A DNA stretch of 59,783 nucleotides, filler included, from Basidiobolus ranarum (taxonomy: Eukaryota): NCBI GenBank assembly GCA_040143965.1. It is 7 parts of 7 records of this genome, joined end to end, with 100 filler letters (N's around TTAATTAATTAA, not from the genome) between each part and the next. Parts side by side here need not be neighbours in the genome. Positions count along the whole stretch, not along the records: positions 34,258 to 42,706 come from JASJQH010007843.1; positions 42,807 to 51,247 come from JASJQH010007844.1; positions 51,348 to 59,783 come from JASJQH010007845.1; 4 more parts are not named here. One strand, given 5' to 3'. The notes beneath the pieces are model-generated. The model had not been told where the DNA came from and searched no databases. It was given only the letters and a program-made list of their open reading frames with translations. The translations under genes and the position numbers were made by a program. How positions within the stretch are numbered: the stretch's first letter is position 1; each line of letters starts with the position of its first letter. Below, piece by piece: positions 37,629-51,830 of the stretch.

Positions 37629-39000
37629 TCAGGATATTCCTATTCTCTTGACTCCGGAAATAATATCATCAAGCTCATCATATCGAGAGTAATCTCTTGA
37701 AAGTTGCTGATGAACAGTTTCTTGCAGATGCTAGAAACACGAGTCAGTTCGTTAAATGTAAATCTAACACACAGTATTTATCCGTAAATAACCACTTACT
37801 TTTTCCATGCATTCAAACAAAACATTGCAGTTTTCACAGTAACCACGCTTGGCTTTCTTGACTACAGGGACTTTCTTCTTGGGCTTTATGAGCTTTAGTA
37901 GTTTGCCAGGTGCCACTTTACCGTTCTTATGTTTACGGGGTCCTTTAGTTTTCTTTTTCACCTGCGGACTATCCTCGGGTAAAAGATGGGTCCATTCCGG
38001 GTTTTCTCGGATCACATAGTCCCATACTGGGCTACGAGACCCTAGATCCGCCGGTACAATGATTTCGTCCGCCATGATTGGGCAATACACACTAGTAGTG
38101 TCCTCAACCAACAAAAAAAGATCGTTGAAATAGACAGGCTCAGCTTCAGCTTGTGGTACAGGTGCATCGGATTGAGATTTAGTGGATTGGTTCATTGATA
38201 AGGCAGTGAGTTGATCCAACACACGGTTGATTTCTAAACAATGTGTGAAGAAGCGATCAGTACAAGTGAATATCCATGAAAACGGTAAGAACACTCACTA
38301 TCTAGACTCCAAAGCTTCACTCCTTGCTTTTGCAATCTGTGTAGCAGAATCTGTGTTCCTGTTATTTCTTTTCGGAAGTTTTTGTTTAGGCCCTGAAGTA
38401 AAGACTCAGAAGAATCCGATCCATTGACGAAACTCTTGACTTCTTGAGCGGAACGTGCGGTGACGATATGAGTGACTTTATCGTTCAGTGAACTCTCGAC
38501 ATTCTGGAACCAAGAGATTACGTTAAAACCCGTAGATTCATAGTGGAAGTGAATTAAAAATATCTTACCCCAGATAAAGCCTTGATGCGTTTGGTGATAC
38601 TGGCTACGATGTCTTCTGTAACTTGATCGAAAAGGAAAGTAAAATGTGCAAAAGCATTTGAGTATTCGGCTAGCTCTTCGCTACAAATGTTCTCTTCTAA
38701 ATACAATGGCTGAGTCCACGAGGTGAATTGATTAAAAGTGGTAGAATCTTTTCTGTTGTGGGGAGGGGAAATATCAAGTCTGTAGGGGTGTGTGGACTTC
38801 TTGGTGAAATAATTTACGAAGCCAGGGTCGGGCTTAGCATGGGCAGTGGTCGAGGTTAAATCAAGAAACATCGAAGAGCTAAGTGAGCTTCCGAAGTAGT
38901 TGTAATGAAAACCTCCAGTAGGTAAACTCTGCGACATGGTCTTGGATTTGGGAAGTCGGTTGGTAAGGTTATAGGGAAAGTTTGACTCTTCAACTGCCAT
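37629..39000 (-). CDS. DBF4: Dbf4/Dfp1-like Cdc7 kinase regulatory subunit (4 exons, about 390 aa)
   Basis: Exons 39000-38569, 38503-38299, 38233-37800, 37730-37629. Motif N (VTHIVT.R, GVKLWSLDK), motif M (F....LLVED...Y.PI) and motif C zinc finger (GYCENC...E....HL....H...Y..LD.II). Confidence 0.85.
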
Positions 39001-41610
39001 CTTCAACACATATATAAGCTAGGTGCAGTAAGAAAAAAAGTACTCAAGGTCTCCGTCGTACCCATCTATATTTATAGCCACGAAAGGCAATTGTTCAACG
39101 TGAGATTTCATAGGGGTGCCGTTGATTTTGAAATACACAAATATAAAATCTACCAAATATGGCATATTTGCTGGAATTCGATTCGTTCACACGGAACGCT
39201 TTTGTCGTCGAGACAATACGATAGGTAATGTAGTAATTACTACACAGAATCCAAAATGCACTTGCATCCATATATAGACAGCATAACTCCTATCTTCTTA
39301 TCCAACCATCAACGAACAAGATTGTCCCCATAATTTGTCAGTTCAAGAAAGGGCCATCAACCTAATCGCCATGTAGCCATCTACTTCCCAGATGATGGTA
39401 AGGAAGCTGAATCGGAAGATTCCTCTGGGAAAAAGTCGGACTAGTAGTTTATTTAGATTAGTCGAATAAGCAGTATTACAACACTTGTCAATCCTGTATT
39501 ACAACTGAACCCTCGGCTAAATTGCCCCAAGTGTCATCACCAACACTCGGAGTATTTCGTGAATGGAAGCTACTAATCATTTACAAATCCATTCAAGCTG
39601 CCTTCTTTGACATATTGCTGCCGCCCCATTGGTGGTCGGGCGACTCGTGTGATGCCACCCAATTCAATCCATTTGCCAGGTTTGACACCACCACCAATAG
39701 ATATATCGATAATGTTAAGTCTGACCCACCAGTATCTAAGCGAGCGATGCAACACAATCCTGAGATTATATTGGCAGCGATTGAATCTGATGCACATTAA
39801 TTATATTTACATTGGATTTCCTATTGACAATCTCCACGTTATCTATGAATCTTCACCATGAACTTGCTTTCATCATCCACCAGTACTATTGCCAGGCCAA
39901 GCCACCAGTTACTTGATGATTAGCGTATAAGCTCAGAAAGGCGAAAATATTTTGTCATCAGCGCTTTGCTCCCCGCGCCTTCCCACAAGTCTGAGGATAT
40001 GCCGTGAAGTTGGGGGCGCGGGGTAAGCATCCGGATTTCGGAGGCAAGTGTCTTAAGCTCCTCAAACTGTAGCCTTTATGAGGGCCAGACTTCTCTCTGA
40101 TGAAAGCCAGGGTTCTGGGAAATAGGATCCACGATCAGTCCAAGCATGGAAATCCTTATTCAAATGGTCTTAGTATTACTTTCCCTAGACAACTTGCCGA
40201 ATCTCACTCTGGCCATATTCATTTCTGGGTGTTGACTAACGCATTTCTTCAGATATTGAACAAGCTCCCAAGCAGGAATTCCGCGGAAAGTAATATGTTA
40301 TGCATCGATCGAACTAAGCCTAAGTCTGAGTACTGTATGGTGTCATTGAAAAACACTCGGCTTGACCTGTCATCTTATCATTATCATAGTTGCTACAGAT
40401 ATCAGGTTTCCGACCGCAGATCAAGTTGTTCAACTGCTTCCGCTGGCCATTGGCTGCTAGTATAGATAGGATCTTGTATTGAATGTGCTTGGATGCAAGC
40501 AAAACATCCCATAGTGAGCACTTTGACAATGGATACATAACTTGAATGTCTACCAAATCTGGAAGTGGCGCAGTGATTTCACAGATAATCTAATCGTCAC
40601 CTCATCCACTCAAGAGACGAATTATTGAACGGAGATCTAGATCCTTTTCGAGTTCTCACAAGTTCCAACCTACCCCTGATTCTGACTAGTGTGTCGTTAG
40701 GATGACTCCCTGTATTTGTGTGGTGAAATGGAGTAGGGAGGTTGAAAGGGTAAATGAATCGTAGCCGAAACTACCCGAGCGAACCAAGGCTAATCTAATA
40801 AATGCGCTGTTTATTGGCAAGTTGCTTCTATTCTAATATGGGCGGAGAGATAGGCAAATGTTGAGATAAACAAAACCCTTTGGGGAGTGGAATTGAGGTT
40901 AATACACTAAAACCGTGTTATCATGCCAGATAGTTAGGGCGTTATCTATCTAGTCAACTGCATTGATTTCGCCAACCTTTGATGATAGTCCAGAGGTTCA
41001 ACAAGAATTCAAACATGAGGCCGGAATGTAACACCAAGTGACTAAATACAAACACTTTAGCGGAGTAGAAGAGTGACGTTTGAATACTTTTTAAGTAAAG
41101 AGTTGATTGTAAATTTCATTTCCATTTCCTTTGATCACACTTGCTTTTACCTGAAGCAAATAATGATTATTGGAATTAAAATCAATGCAACAGCATTACC
41201 CTAAACATCAGGGTATAATTGGCTCTATTCTACAAGCTTAATTGTGCTCTACACCAATAAGATACTTTCAATCCAAACATTTGTTCAACTTGATATCATT
41301 ATCGAAAGATGAAATGCATGACTTCAACTTTGTTTCCTCAATTAAACTACTATCATCAGGTTTCCTTAAATATCCATGTAGAAACAGTGAATCTCATTAA
41401 GGCTTTTTTGCATTTTTATCAAATGGAGGTGTGACTATGCTTAGTGTTTATTGTCGAGTGTAGGTGCGAGAGAGGATTGCAAGTATTCAAGTGATGACTA
41501 TATTTGACAAAATTATCCGTTAACAATATGAGGAGACACTAACGACTATGCTTGCTCATGAACATGTTCAGGGTGGGGAAATACAGTTAACCTTACAAGT
41601 AGATTCAATC

Positions 41611-42706
41611 TCAATACCAGAATAATTCTTGAGCTGCCTTGAATTGTTTCTTTATAATCTCAAGGTTCTCACTGGATTTTAGACGGTCGTAGAAGGTTGG
41701 ACAGTCAAATGACTGACAGAAATTTTCAGTAGAGTGTTTGAAGTTGATTGGAAAGCCTGAACATCCATTGCAAATTCTTTGTATATCTCGAACTCGAGTT
41801 TCGGCGTATTGCTTGGCTCTGGTTAAATGGAAAATGGATGTCTGAGGACTCGCCAAACAGTTATTACACAATAACTTTTCTATTCACGTATGGTTTTGTA
41901 AAGAAAAGTGAATACGTCAATTTAACCATGTAGGATCATATGAAACTTGTTACCATTCAAATTGACTTCGCCACAAACCAAGCAATGCTTACTTTTGAAG
42001 AACTGGTCAATAGTGTTTCGGCCATTGCCTCTAGAAGTTCCCATATTCTCCATAGTCTCCACATATTTCATAATAACTGCTGATTTTGGCATTTCGTCAT
42101 ACCAGCTTTGAACATCTACAATGAGAAAGAAAGGCGTACTTAGTATTAGAGATCATTGTAAGTAACGGAAAAGTTGCCTTTTCTATATTTGTGTAAGGTC
42201 AAAAGTTTACCTGCGCCTAATAAATTAAACACCCTAGATATGCTAGGAATGATCTGCTTCGTTATGTAGTAATGTCCATTTAAACGAAGTGATCTAGTAT
42301 TAAGCATGTAAGCTACTTATATAAGTAATGCCACTGAGAGTTTGCTACTTACTTGCTTTTGATAAATTCTTCTGGCGAGACAACCTGATCCATCAGTCTG
42401 GAATTAGGACCTCCGTAAACCACTAAATATGACCCGCGTTCGCCATATTGAGGATCAGCAGTCGGATCTTTGGCCATTTTCCTAGCGCTCACCAAGGCGC
42501 CTGGAGGCAAGTGAGATTCACTAAATGATCAATTGATTAGTCAAGTCTGTTTATAGGTTGGCCAGGGTAAGGATCTCTCACCTGTAAGTGCCTAGCTTCA
42601 CTTCCTTAGCAAAGAAGAAATCTTGATAGGCGACCCGTTCGGCCAGGATCTTGGCCCATTGAGTTTGCAAGTGGTCTTTGACTAGCGAAAGATCTTGAGT
42701 ACGGAA
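41611..42706 (-). CDS. REV3: DNA polymerase zeta catalytic subunit, 3' exons (5'-truncated)
   Basis: FRTQDLSLVK..L..QW.KI, DF.FAKEVKLGTY, DP...PQYGER, YYITKQIIP...RVFNLLGADV.SWY.EMP and two C-terminal Cys clusters. Four GT-AG introns. Confidence 0.93.
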
Positions 42707-42806
42707 NNNNNNNNNNNNNNNNNNNNNNNNNNNNNNNNNNNNNNNNNNNNTTAATTAATTAANNNNNNNNNNNNNNNNNNNNNNNNNNNNNNNNNNNNNN
42801 NNNNNN
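42707..42806. other. Artificial contig linker
   Basis: N-TTAATTAATTAA-N, 100 nt. Confidence 0.98.
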
Positions 42807-45405
42807 GAAAATGATGAAAGAGCTGAAGGCACAGCAGCGTACCTTACAGAGACCCAAGTTGATCACGCCAGGGTCTCATCCAATTCCTGCTGGGAATATA
42901 AGGCCTCGGTTGGATCGATATGAAAGTGGTACAAGTATCTCTCAACACTCACGTGAGTCGAATGTTACATCCATTAAGGTTGACGGTCCAAGCAAACTAT
43001 CCGCTGATGCGGGGAATCTTTCGAAATCTGCCCCTCATCACACCTCTCGTCTATTAAATCCGACTAAATCCACCTTTGCAAAATTAAATGGCCCTGGCTG
43101 GATGGAGAAATCTCGCCCCAAAGGTATTAAAGGAGAGGAGTTGAAAGACAAACGAGCCAATTTAGATAAACTCAATACTCCTAGATTGCACCCTCGCGTT
43201 GTCTCCACTGGGTTTGACAGGCGAAGAATTGTTGATAGATTCTTCAGTAAAGTGGAGCCACTTACTAGAAGCTCAAGCATCAAGAGGGTTGGCAAGCCGG
43301 TCATTGAGGTTTATTCGAACGCTAAAGATGCAGTTACTGAGGATTCAGATGACGAGTACGAAATCAGCTCAAGTGGAAGGAGAAAAGGAGGACTTAGCGA
43401 TGGTGCACATCCGTTTTCATTGACTCGTCCTGATGCTTTTGATGCCTCCTTAGGAGACGAGGATTATTATCCCCATTCTGGCAGGTCTTCCCCAGAAGAC
43501 TTTATTTATGATGGGGCTTTAACCTTCTTAGGAAAGGATGGTGATTTCCCACCGCCATCTCCACCCCGTTCACCTCATCCTTTAGATGATCGCTCTGACG
43601 GAACGCACAGCCCCTCGCTCAGCGGTATTCAAGGAAGTTCTCTTTCCAGCTTGCCTCCGGGCCATTTACAAATCGATAATGAATTACCTGGTACTGCCGA
43701 GAGATTATCGTTAATGAAAACAATTACGAATTTTTGGGGTGTAGGAAACTCCGCCAATTTTCAACCATTGGAGTATCCTTTGTAAGTAGACTTCATTGTT
43801 AAACCTTTGGAAAACCAAAATCAATTTTACTGACTAGTCCATTGTAAACAGACTTCCTACCGAGCACATATTCCCCGATTCTTTAATCATGGTTCGTGAG
43901 GATGAACCTAGTTCCATCATTGCATTCACTTTGAGGTACCTAACGATTATCCATAGTGCCAGTAACATCACAATCTAACAATACGGCGTACTTTTTTTAG
44001 TTCCAAGGATTACACAGAGAAACTAGAATCGATGCTAAGAAATCAGAACCTGCGGGATTCTTATGCAGACCAAGGTGACTCTGAAAGCGATGAGGTATTT
44101 GAACTAAATGAAGCCAACGAAATGGATGGAGAATACAGTTCCATCCCAGACATCGAGGAAACTTTATTGAGGCCTACTGGAACCCATATCAAATATCGTA
44201 AGTTGAAAAGAGTCAATAACAATAATAACAGTACATTTTCTCTAACTAAATTGAACTGTTTATTGTGGATGCGTAGAATTTTCCGAAGGCTCTACTACTC
44301 TGTTCTGTAAAATCTTTTACGCCGAACAGTTTGACGCTCTCAGAAGACAATGCGGATGTGAGGAGACGTATTTGGAGTCTTTGGCACGTTGTGTTAAATG
44401 GTCAGCTACCGGTGGAAAATCCGGGTCAGCCTTCCTTAAAACCAGAGATGATCGATTGATCATGAAGCAGATGTCTCGTTCTGAAATGGACGCTTTCTTA
44501 AAGTTTGCCCCTTACTATTTTGAATATCTATCGAAAGCATTCTTTCACGAGGTATGTTTTCCCCACTTAAGTATCCATCTAAAACAAATGCTAACAACAT
44601 CCTTTCTATATAGCTACCTACTCTTCTTGCTAAAGTGTATGGCTTTTACCGTATCGGCTACAAGAATTTAGCTACCGGGCGTTCCATGAAAATTGACGTG
44701 TTAATTATGGAGAATTTGTTTTACCAACGCAAGATTTCTAGGGTACTGTAAACTTATATGCATGGCATGCAGCTTTGGGTAATTTCTTAACGATCTTCTG
44801 TTCATTAGATTTTTGATCTGAAGGGATCTACTAGAAATCGTCATGTTCAATCCACTGGCAACGAGAATGAAGTGCTATTAGACGAGAACCTGATGGAATG
44901 TAAGCATTATCTATTAGCGTATACTTTGCTGTTGTTACTTCCAACTAACTACATTTGAAGTTACCTTCCAATCACCGCTGTTTATCCGAGAACACTCGAA
45001 GAACCTGCTGCGTACCTCGGTTTGGAATGATACTCTGTTTTTGTTCAAGAGAAACGTCATGGACTATTCACTTCTAGTAGGCATTGATGAAGAGAAGCAC
45101 GAGCTGGTGATCGGCATCGTCGGTAAGTACAGACTATTTTTGCAAATACCCCCAAACTACCACGCAATATTAACAGTATAAACCAAGATTTCATTCGAAC
45201 TTTCACCTGGGATAAAAAATTGGAATCGTGGGGTAATGAATCAGGGATTCTAGGCGGGGGAGGGAAAGAGCCCACAATTGTTTCCCCGCGGCAATACAAA
45301 GTTCGATTCCGAGAAGCTATGGAGAGATACTTCTTGATGGTTCCAGATAAATTCTGCGATCTCAATTCTATTCGCAAGGGCACCCGAGCTGCACCCATAC
45401 TTTAA
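42807..45405 (+). CDS. FAB1: Phosphatidylinositol-3-phosphate 5-kinase Fab1/PIKfyve, 3' exons (5'-truncated)
   Basis: [53 protein letters not shown] and EPTIVSP.QYK.RFREAM..YF motifs. Several short introns. Confidence 0.95.
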
Positions 45406-47001
45406 ACACTTCTGAAGATACATCCACTCCATTCACCCGCTTGGCACCAGCATGGTCGTGCTCTGATGCTCACCTGTTGAGCCAATATTTCTATTACATA
45501 CATGTATATTTAAATTCCTACGCTACCTCTGCACAAGCACAAGAAGCATCCACTATCATTTGCCCATATATTCCAATCCCTTTGAGACTGCTCCATCCAA
45601 AACCCCCACCCACGTGATTACCCTTTGTATAACACCAAATTCATGATATGTGATTTGTCCCATTCGCAGACCAACTTTATTGAACTAATAAGAGAGGCAG
45701 TCAAATTGGGCACGTGAACATCAACAATACACTTTCCCTGATGTCCAAGAATACTGGTAAAGGCCAGGACAAACCTGGAATGTTACCTATCGACGTCGCA
45801 TCAATGTCACTACCTAAGACAGTACGTGAAACAAAGCCAGGCCCACAAAATAGATTATCAATGGCTTACCAACATGCACCTTCCCAAGCCCCAATAGGAG
45901 GATGGTTCGTGTGAAACATGGGCTATGATAAGCATCAGAAAGACCTGGTTGAAAGTACAGCCTGCGAGCATTCATCCATCACAAGGTTACCCAGTCACAA
46001 GAGCAGTACTACTGATTGCAAGCTGCAATCACTGTTGGGCCTACAGATCAAGGGCCCCTTTTGCCTACCCATCCATAGTCCTACTTCGCATCTATATTCT
46101 TCACATGGACAAATCCCAGGGAATGTCCCAACGATCATTTGTTTGTAGCCTTGAATGCCAACAAATCTTGATTTTGTGGTGTAAAGTTGTATTGAGCCTG
46201 GTGGCGGCTAACACCTCCACCCAAACTGTCCCGATTTAGTCCGACATCTCATTCAACACCTTTCCGCAAACCCGGCTTCATCTCGATGAATATGGCTAGT
46301 CTTGTTGTAGAACTTAGTGCTAATCTCTTGCGTGAGATTCATTCACTTGATCGGAGACTTTGCTAGGGCGTTTGACATGGTCCTTGTCTACACAATATAG
46401 CCAAGATGCGTGATGTAAATATATGATCAATAGAAATGCTGTAATGATCTCAGGCTCAATACATGATGCAGCCTAATGTTCGTTCGAGATTGTATTATCT
46501 CCGGCATGTGAATCCGATCGGGTATATTTGAATAAAACCCTAATTGATAATTGCATTCAAACAGAACTCAATTCTTTGCTTCTTAATACAACCTTAGTAA
46601 CCCTGAAAGTAACGTGTACTATCGTCTCGTTCATGTGCAGCTTCCGCATCCAATTGTTGTCCTAGGATCCTGAGGCTGTTTCTGATTCTTGTGATCATTC
46701 TGGTCATCTATTTTTTCCCAACATTAGAGCTGATGAATGCTACTACTTTTAATATCTACCCTCTTACCCTCTTCACATTGCTCAACCATTTTTCCTTTCT
46801 CAACTCTAAGGTTACTGTCTAGTGTTCACCACGTTAACGCCTCCACAATCCTCCACTCTTTATATTGTTCAGTCGTCCATTAACTAGATGCAACTGGCGT
46901 ATCTAAATAAGGTTACGAAAATAAGCTGCTGAACAACAATACATTCACCACCGTAAACTTTCTATTGGAGACTTCAATAAAGGCTTCCAAAACTTCAAAT
47001 A

Positions 47002-48744
47002 ATGCTGGTTCTAAAGAGGAACCATTTGACTTCTGAAGATTTAATCAAGGCTGAACATGTAAGTAAACAACGCTCGGATATGGGTATTTGTCTTGTAACT
47101 TCTCGAGAAACGCTCTTTTTGAAATTTTTGTAACCCCGAACAATAGCTGAAGTGACTTCCTTACTAGAAACACTAGAAGCTAAAAAGTCTTTTAATTTCC
47201 CAACTGGGAATCCCTTTTCAATAGGTTATTCGCAAGGTTTCTCTTGGTAAACTCAGTGGTCTCGGTATCGACTTCGACGTATGGAGTTGGACTCGAGCGG
47301 AGCTCTACGGAATAGTGGTTGGAGTGTTCTCACGACTAGATCTGTTAGAAGTACTGAAAATTTCACAATCGCAACTCTTGGACTTCATTGTCGATATCGA
47401 TCGAGGCTATATTAGTACACCGTATCATTCGTTTCTTCATGCAGCCGACGTATTCATTATGACTTTCAACTTGGTCAGCTACTCTCATGTTCAAGGCTAC
47501 CTTATTGATTTGGACTTGGTCGCATTATTGATTGGCGCTCTATGCCATGATATTGGACATGTAAGTGACTTCTTTTTACATGGATTTTCTTCATGCCACT
47601 TACCTCGATTCAACGATCTCAGCCAGGATTGAACAATCTCTACCAAGTGAATTCTAAAAATGAACTCGCACAGCGGTATAACAATGAATCTGTGCTGGAG
47701 AAATTCTCCTGTGATGAGACATTGAAATTGTTGCGAAAACACAGCCTTCTTAAATATGTTCAAACTAAAAGCAACCTTGAAATCCAAGACCATTCACAAG
47801 GTGCTTACGTTCAAAATGCCATCGTCAAATGTATAATGTCTACCGATATGTCGGTACATTTCGGTCTCATTGAACAATTCACCACTGTGGTAGATATTCT
47901 TACCGTATCACCGATAAACGAAGAGTTTCATGAGGCTGAATACCTAAAAGAGCATTCCTCCGGAAGCTATCCGCTCCCCCAAACGGGACATCGACAAATT
48001 ATTTGTAATGTTTTACTACATGCTGCAGATATTAGCAATACAGTGCGCCCGTGGGAATTGTGTAAGCGATGGTCTGATGTCATCTTGGATGAGTTTTTCT
48101 TTCAAGGAGATATGGAAAAACTGAACAACTTGCCCATATCTCCAAATATGGATCGAGAACACTCCAACCAAACCGACATAAGTCTTAAATTCGGGGATTT
48201 CGTAGTGAAACCATTTTTTGAAGTATTGGCAGATTTTTGCCCAGAGGTGCAGCCCTTACTAACTAACTTATGCGAGAACCGTACACGCTGGCTAAGCTTA
48301 GATAATACAGAGCCGCCTCGTAGATTACTGACGGGCAATAACAACCCTAGTAGACTAAGTGTTCCTGCAGGTACTTTGGATATTCCAGACCTTCCTCCAC
48401 TCCCGTCTGTTTTAAGAAGGCATTCCACCGACATCGAAAGGAAAACTCGTAGACATCACCTTGTTAACATCGCTGAATTGACCGACGTTGAATTGTCCGA
48501 ACCTCCTGGTGAATACTCCAAATCTGGCTTAGTCAACATACCGCCCTCTATATCGGAGGTAGAAGAGGAAGGTGAAGAAGCGTTATGTTATCTACAAGCG
48601 GAAGACATTTCACGTAGAGCCAATCGGAGATCATTCTCCCTCGATCATACTCTTCTTCTGGCAAAGAAGAAGCGTTTTGAGGAAGCGGTCAAGTCACTAT
48701 CGACTCTACATGAAGTAAGTTCTGAACTTGACAACTACAGTTAA
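47002..48744 (+). CDS. Class I 3',5'-cyclic nucleotide phosphodiesterase (3 exons)
   Basis: Exons 47002-47058, 47225-47560, 47623-48744. PYHSFLHAADV, CHDIGHPGLNN, STDM..HF, LLHAADISN, EFFFQGD.EK and PISP.MDR motifs. Confidence 0.92.
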
Positions 48745-51004
48745 ATTCGATATACTACATACCATTACCTACAATGCCACCTTATTACCAACATTTTTCT
48801 TATTGAATAAGTAAAATTTGATGAGATATATTCACACTATATCACATCTGGTTTATTTCTATTTACTCACTTCAATCAAAATGTGGTACTTTATGCTTTT
48901 ATTAACCATGTGCTCTCCAATTTCCACCGAACTTCACGCGTCCATAGGTTTTGATATTTCCTATTGGTTTCAGCATTATCTCTGCCCTCGTTACTTTAAA
49001 TTCATGATATTCCACACTCTCAATCAATTCAGTGAATATGATTACTCCTTTAAAGATGATTTTCAAATGTTACATACAAACCTTGGATGTAGGCCCATCC
49101 ACCTATAGTACTCGAATACCACCTAGAAAGCGATGCATGATTTTTACTTACGCAACATCCCTCTTGGCCTATCTACAACTAGAAATTGAGTTGGTTGACC
49201 TTACTTGCGCTTGTCTGGTATCGCCAAGCTTCTGTTGCAAGGTATTGAACCACGTGAAGGCAACAATAGCCATGCCGCAACTTCTAACACTTCCTATTCT
49301 ATTTAGTAATCAAGTAAATTGTGAAAAAAGTCACTAACCTATCTTGCACTACTTACTTCTAACCTATTATTCTCATCCATCTATTTTGGAACCATCCTAC
49401 ACTGTTCTCTCTCACCAACTCCAACCTACCTCTGACGCGTATCGTATCATTAATATTGAGTAAGAGTCAGCTAGTAAAGTTAAACAATTTGTTACAATAG
49501 GGATGTTTCCTATGCTCCATCAAAAGAAACTACACCAAGGCTAGATCAGAGTGAGAGTGAAATGGGTCGACTTTTCTTGAAATTAGTTGAATATGACGTC
49601 TATCTAATGTCCGGGTGTTTCTGTTGACATGAACAAGATACAGATATGTGTAGTTACATAAGTTTTCAGGTGACAACATCAATCAACCTCTTGGAGTTCT
49701 TCAATAAGAATGGAAGAAATGCAAGTTCTATTCTGCTCAGTTTAGTGATGATATCCAAACAAATCGACTTCATGAGAATATATGGGAGAATTTCCCACTT
49801 TATCAGTATTCACATAATAACCTCTGCTATGCAAGTTCTGTTAATCTAATGCTGTATTGTTCATCTAGATGGCGCTTGAATTTATGGAAATCATTTATTG
49901 CCCATTGATGATATACAGAGTGGCTTAGAATTTGGACCCATCAACCCTAAAAATGACCGAGTTAATCTACCAATGTGATGATGATAGTGTAGTGCAGCTC
50001 TCTCTGGGAAAAAGATGGGTATACGTCCCAACCTTCACTACGCTAAGGAAACTGCATAGATAATGTTTTTGGCAGTAATTTGAAGATGAAAATGGGTTAT
50101 TCGTTCCGTACTTTTTCCAATAAACTTTTGAATTCATCACACCATATCATCTCGATGCTAATTCAAGGATGCTCACTCATAATCGTCAATTCCGTCTTGA
50201 AAATAAGCCGAAGGAGGTAACATTATATATGTAAGACACCGTAGGACCCGTTCTTATACAACACTCACTAACCATGTTATCTTGCTTCTCCAAAGGTTTA
50301 AGTTTTGTTGAAACCCCTTGATCACTACTTTAAATCTATAAAAGGCTCTCATTCGATTAGGCCAATGATTTCGATCGGACAAGCATATGGTTACATCAAT
50401 GACATCAACTTCGATCTCCACAAAAAAAGTTCAAACAATTAGCAAGTGATACATAGATGAGTTTCTTGTAAATGGTCTGACCAGGCTGGCCAATTCGGTT
50501 ACTTGATATCAAGATTAAACAAGAACTCTTACTCGTATATATACCGGTGGTGTACAAGCTTAGTGGTAGATCTAGTCTGTCCTAGAAGGGAAAGTAATGA
50601 GATTGATAATATATGAACATCCCTTTATCTATGTCTCGGTAATTTGCATAGATATGCCAAGCTACTTAATCAGGTGTTAGTATAGGGATCCATATATTCA
50701 TTGAAACCTACACTACCACGGTGTCGCTTGCCTAAATGATACATTTGCTATCATGGATTTTTGAAATAGCAGAGCTAGGCACCTAGCTATTCATATGCAA
50801 TGCTTCTATACTGAATATTGAAGTCAAAATTGTAACATTTGGTCACAACAAATAATATTTCGTTAAAACGTCATGACTTTCAAAGTAGCCCAAAACTTTC
50901 CATACTATTTCAGGCACTTTCTTGCATCCAATTCAATATAACATCAGTTTTGTGTGGCTTCAGTACCAAGTATTGATCCTTGGGTTATAAATCAATGATT
51001 CAAC

Positions 51005-51137
51005 TGTTGAAGTATTTTGGGAGTTGTTGGAAATGATTTGGAGAACTAAAAGAATTGATGGTTTTCACTTATTGATTCATTAAGTGTAAGTTGGCATTTA
51101 TACTTTTAGCAAGAAGTAGGCAAACTAACGTGTAGAA
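51005..51137 (-). mobile_element. Diverged LTR fragment, interrupted by a second copy
   Basis: Degenerate reverse complement of the LTR 3' half (tgttgaagtattttgg...caaactaacgtgtagaa). Confidence 0.8.
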
Positions 51138-51247
51138 TGTTAAAGTATTTGGGAGCCCGTTGGAAGTGGTTTGGAGAATTAGAGAAATTGGTGGTTTTCA
51201 CTTGTTGATTTATTGAGTATTCAGTTGACATTTATAGTTTTGTCAAG
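51138..51247 (-). mobile_element. Younger LTR nested in the previous one, cut by contig end
   Basis: TGTTAAAGTATTTGGGAGCCCGTTGGAAGTGGTTTGGAGAATTAG. Confidence 0.88.
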
Positions 51248-51347
51248 NNNNNNNNNNNNNNNNNNNNNNNNNNNNNNNNNNNNNNNNNNNNTTAATTAAT
51301 TAANNNNNNNNNNNNNNNNNNNNNNNNNNNNNNNNNNNNNNNNNNNN
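51248..51347. other. Artificial contig linker
   Basis: N-TTAATTAATTAA-N, 100 nt. Confidence 0.98.
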
Positions 51348-51503
51348 TCTGAACTTGATTACATTGGTCATCAGGTTAAGTATGGATATGATCTAGTATT
51401 GTCACAATATCTTAAAAGATTGATATCTTGATTGTCACTTTGTTTAGATTAGTATTTAAGCTAAATAAAGTCCACACCATCTGGTGCTTTTCATCCCCCC
51501 CCT

Positions 51504-51830
51504 ACACCTATATAGTCATGTATAGCTTAGTACTGAGTTATCTAATAATTCACTAAGATATTATCCATTATTCTCAATTGAAATTTAATTGAAATATTTT
51601 AACCAACTTAGAAGTCCTCAGATATATTGATTTTTCAAACTTGTGCTAGTAGCCCCAAACTTTGCACACATGTTCCTGGGATCTTTCTTGATACACTCTA
51701 CATGTTAGTTTGTTTACATCTTGACAATAATATAAATTTCAACTTTCTACTTAATAAATAAAAAAGTGAAAAATCACCAATTTCTTTAATTCTCCAAATT
51801 ACTTCCAACAGGCTTTGAAATACTTTAACA
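51504..51830 (+). mobile_element. Near-complete LTR lacking about 20 bp at the 5' end
   Basis: acacctatatagtc...aaatactttaaca, collinear with 7864-8195. Confidence 0.88.

Noticed and set aside
39991-40009. Hammerhead core CTGAGGA inside the hairpin
   Set aside because: No pairable stem II and no GAAA at the required position.
39300-40700. Possible decayed glycosyltransferase-like gene on the minus strand
   Set aside because: Resemblance is limited to a few residues in broken frames; not supportable without an HMM search.
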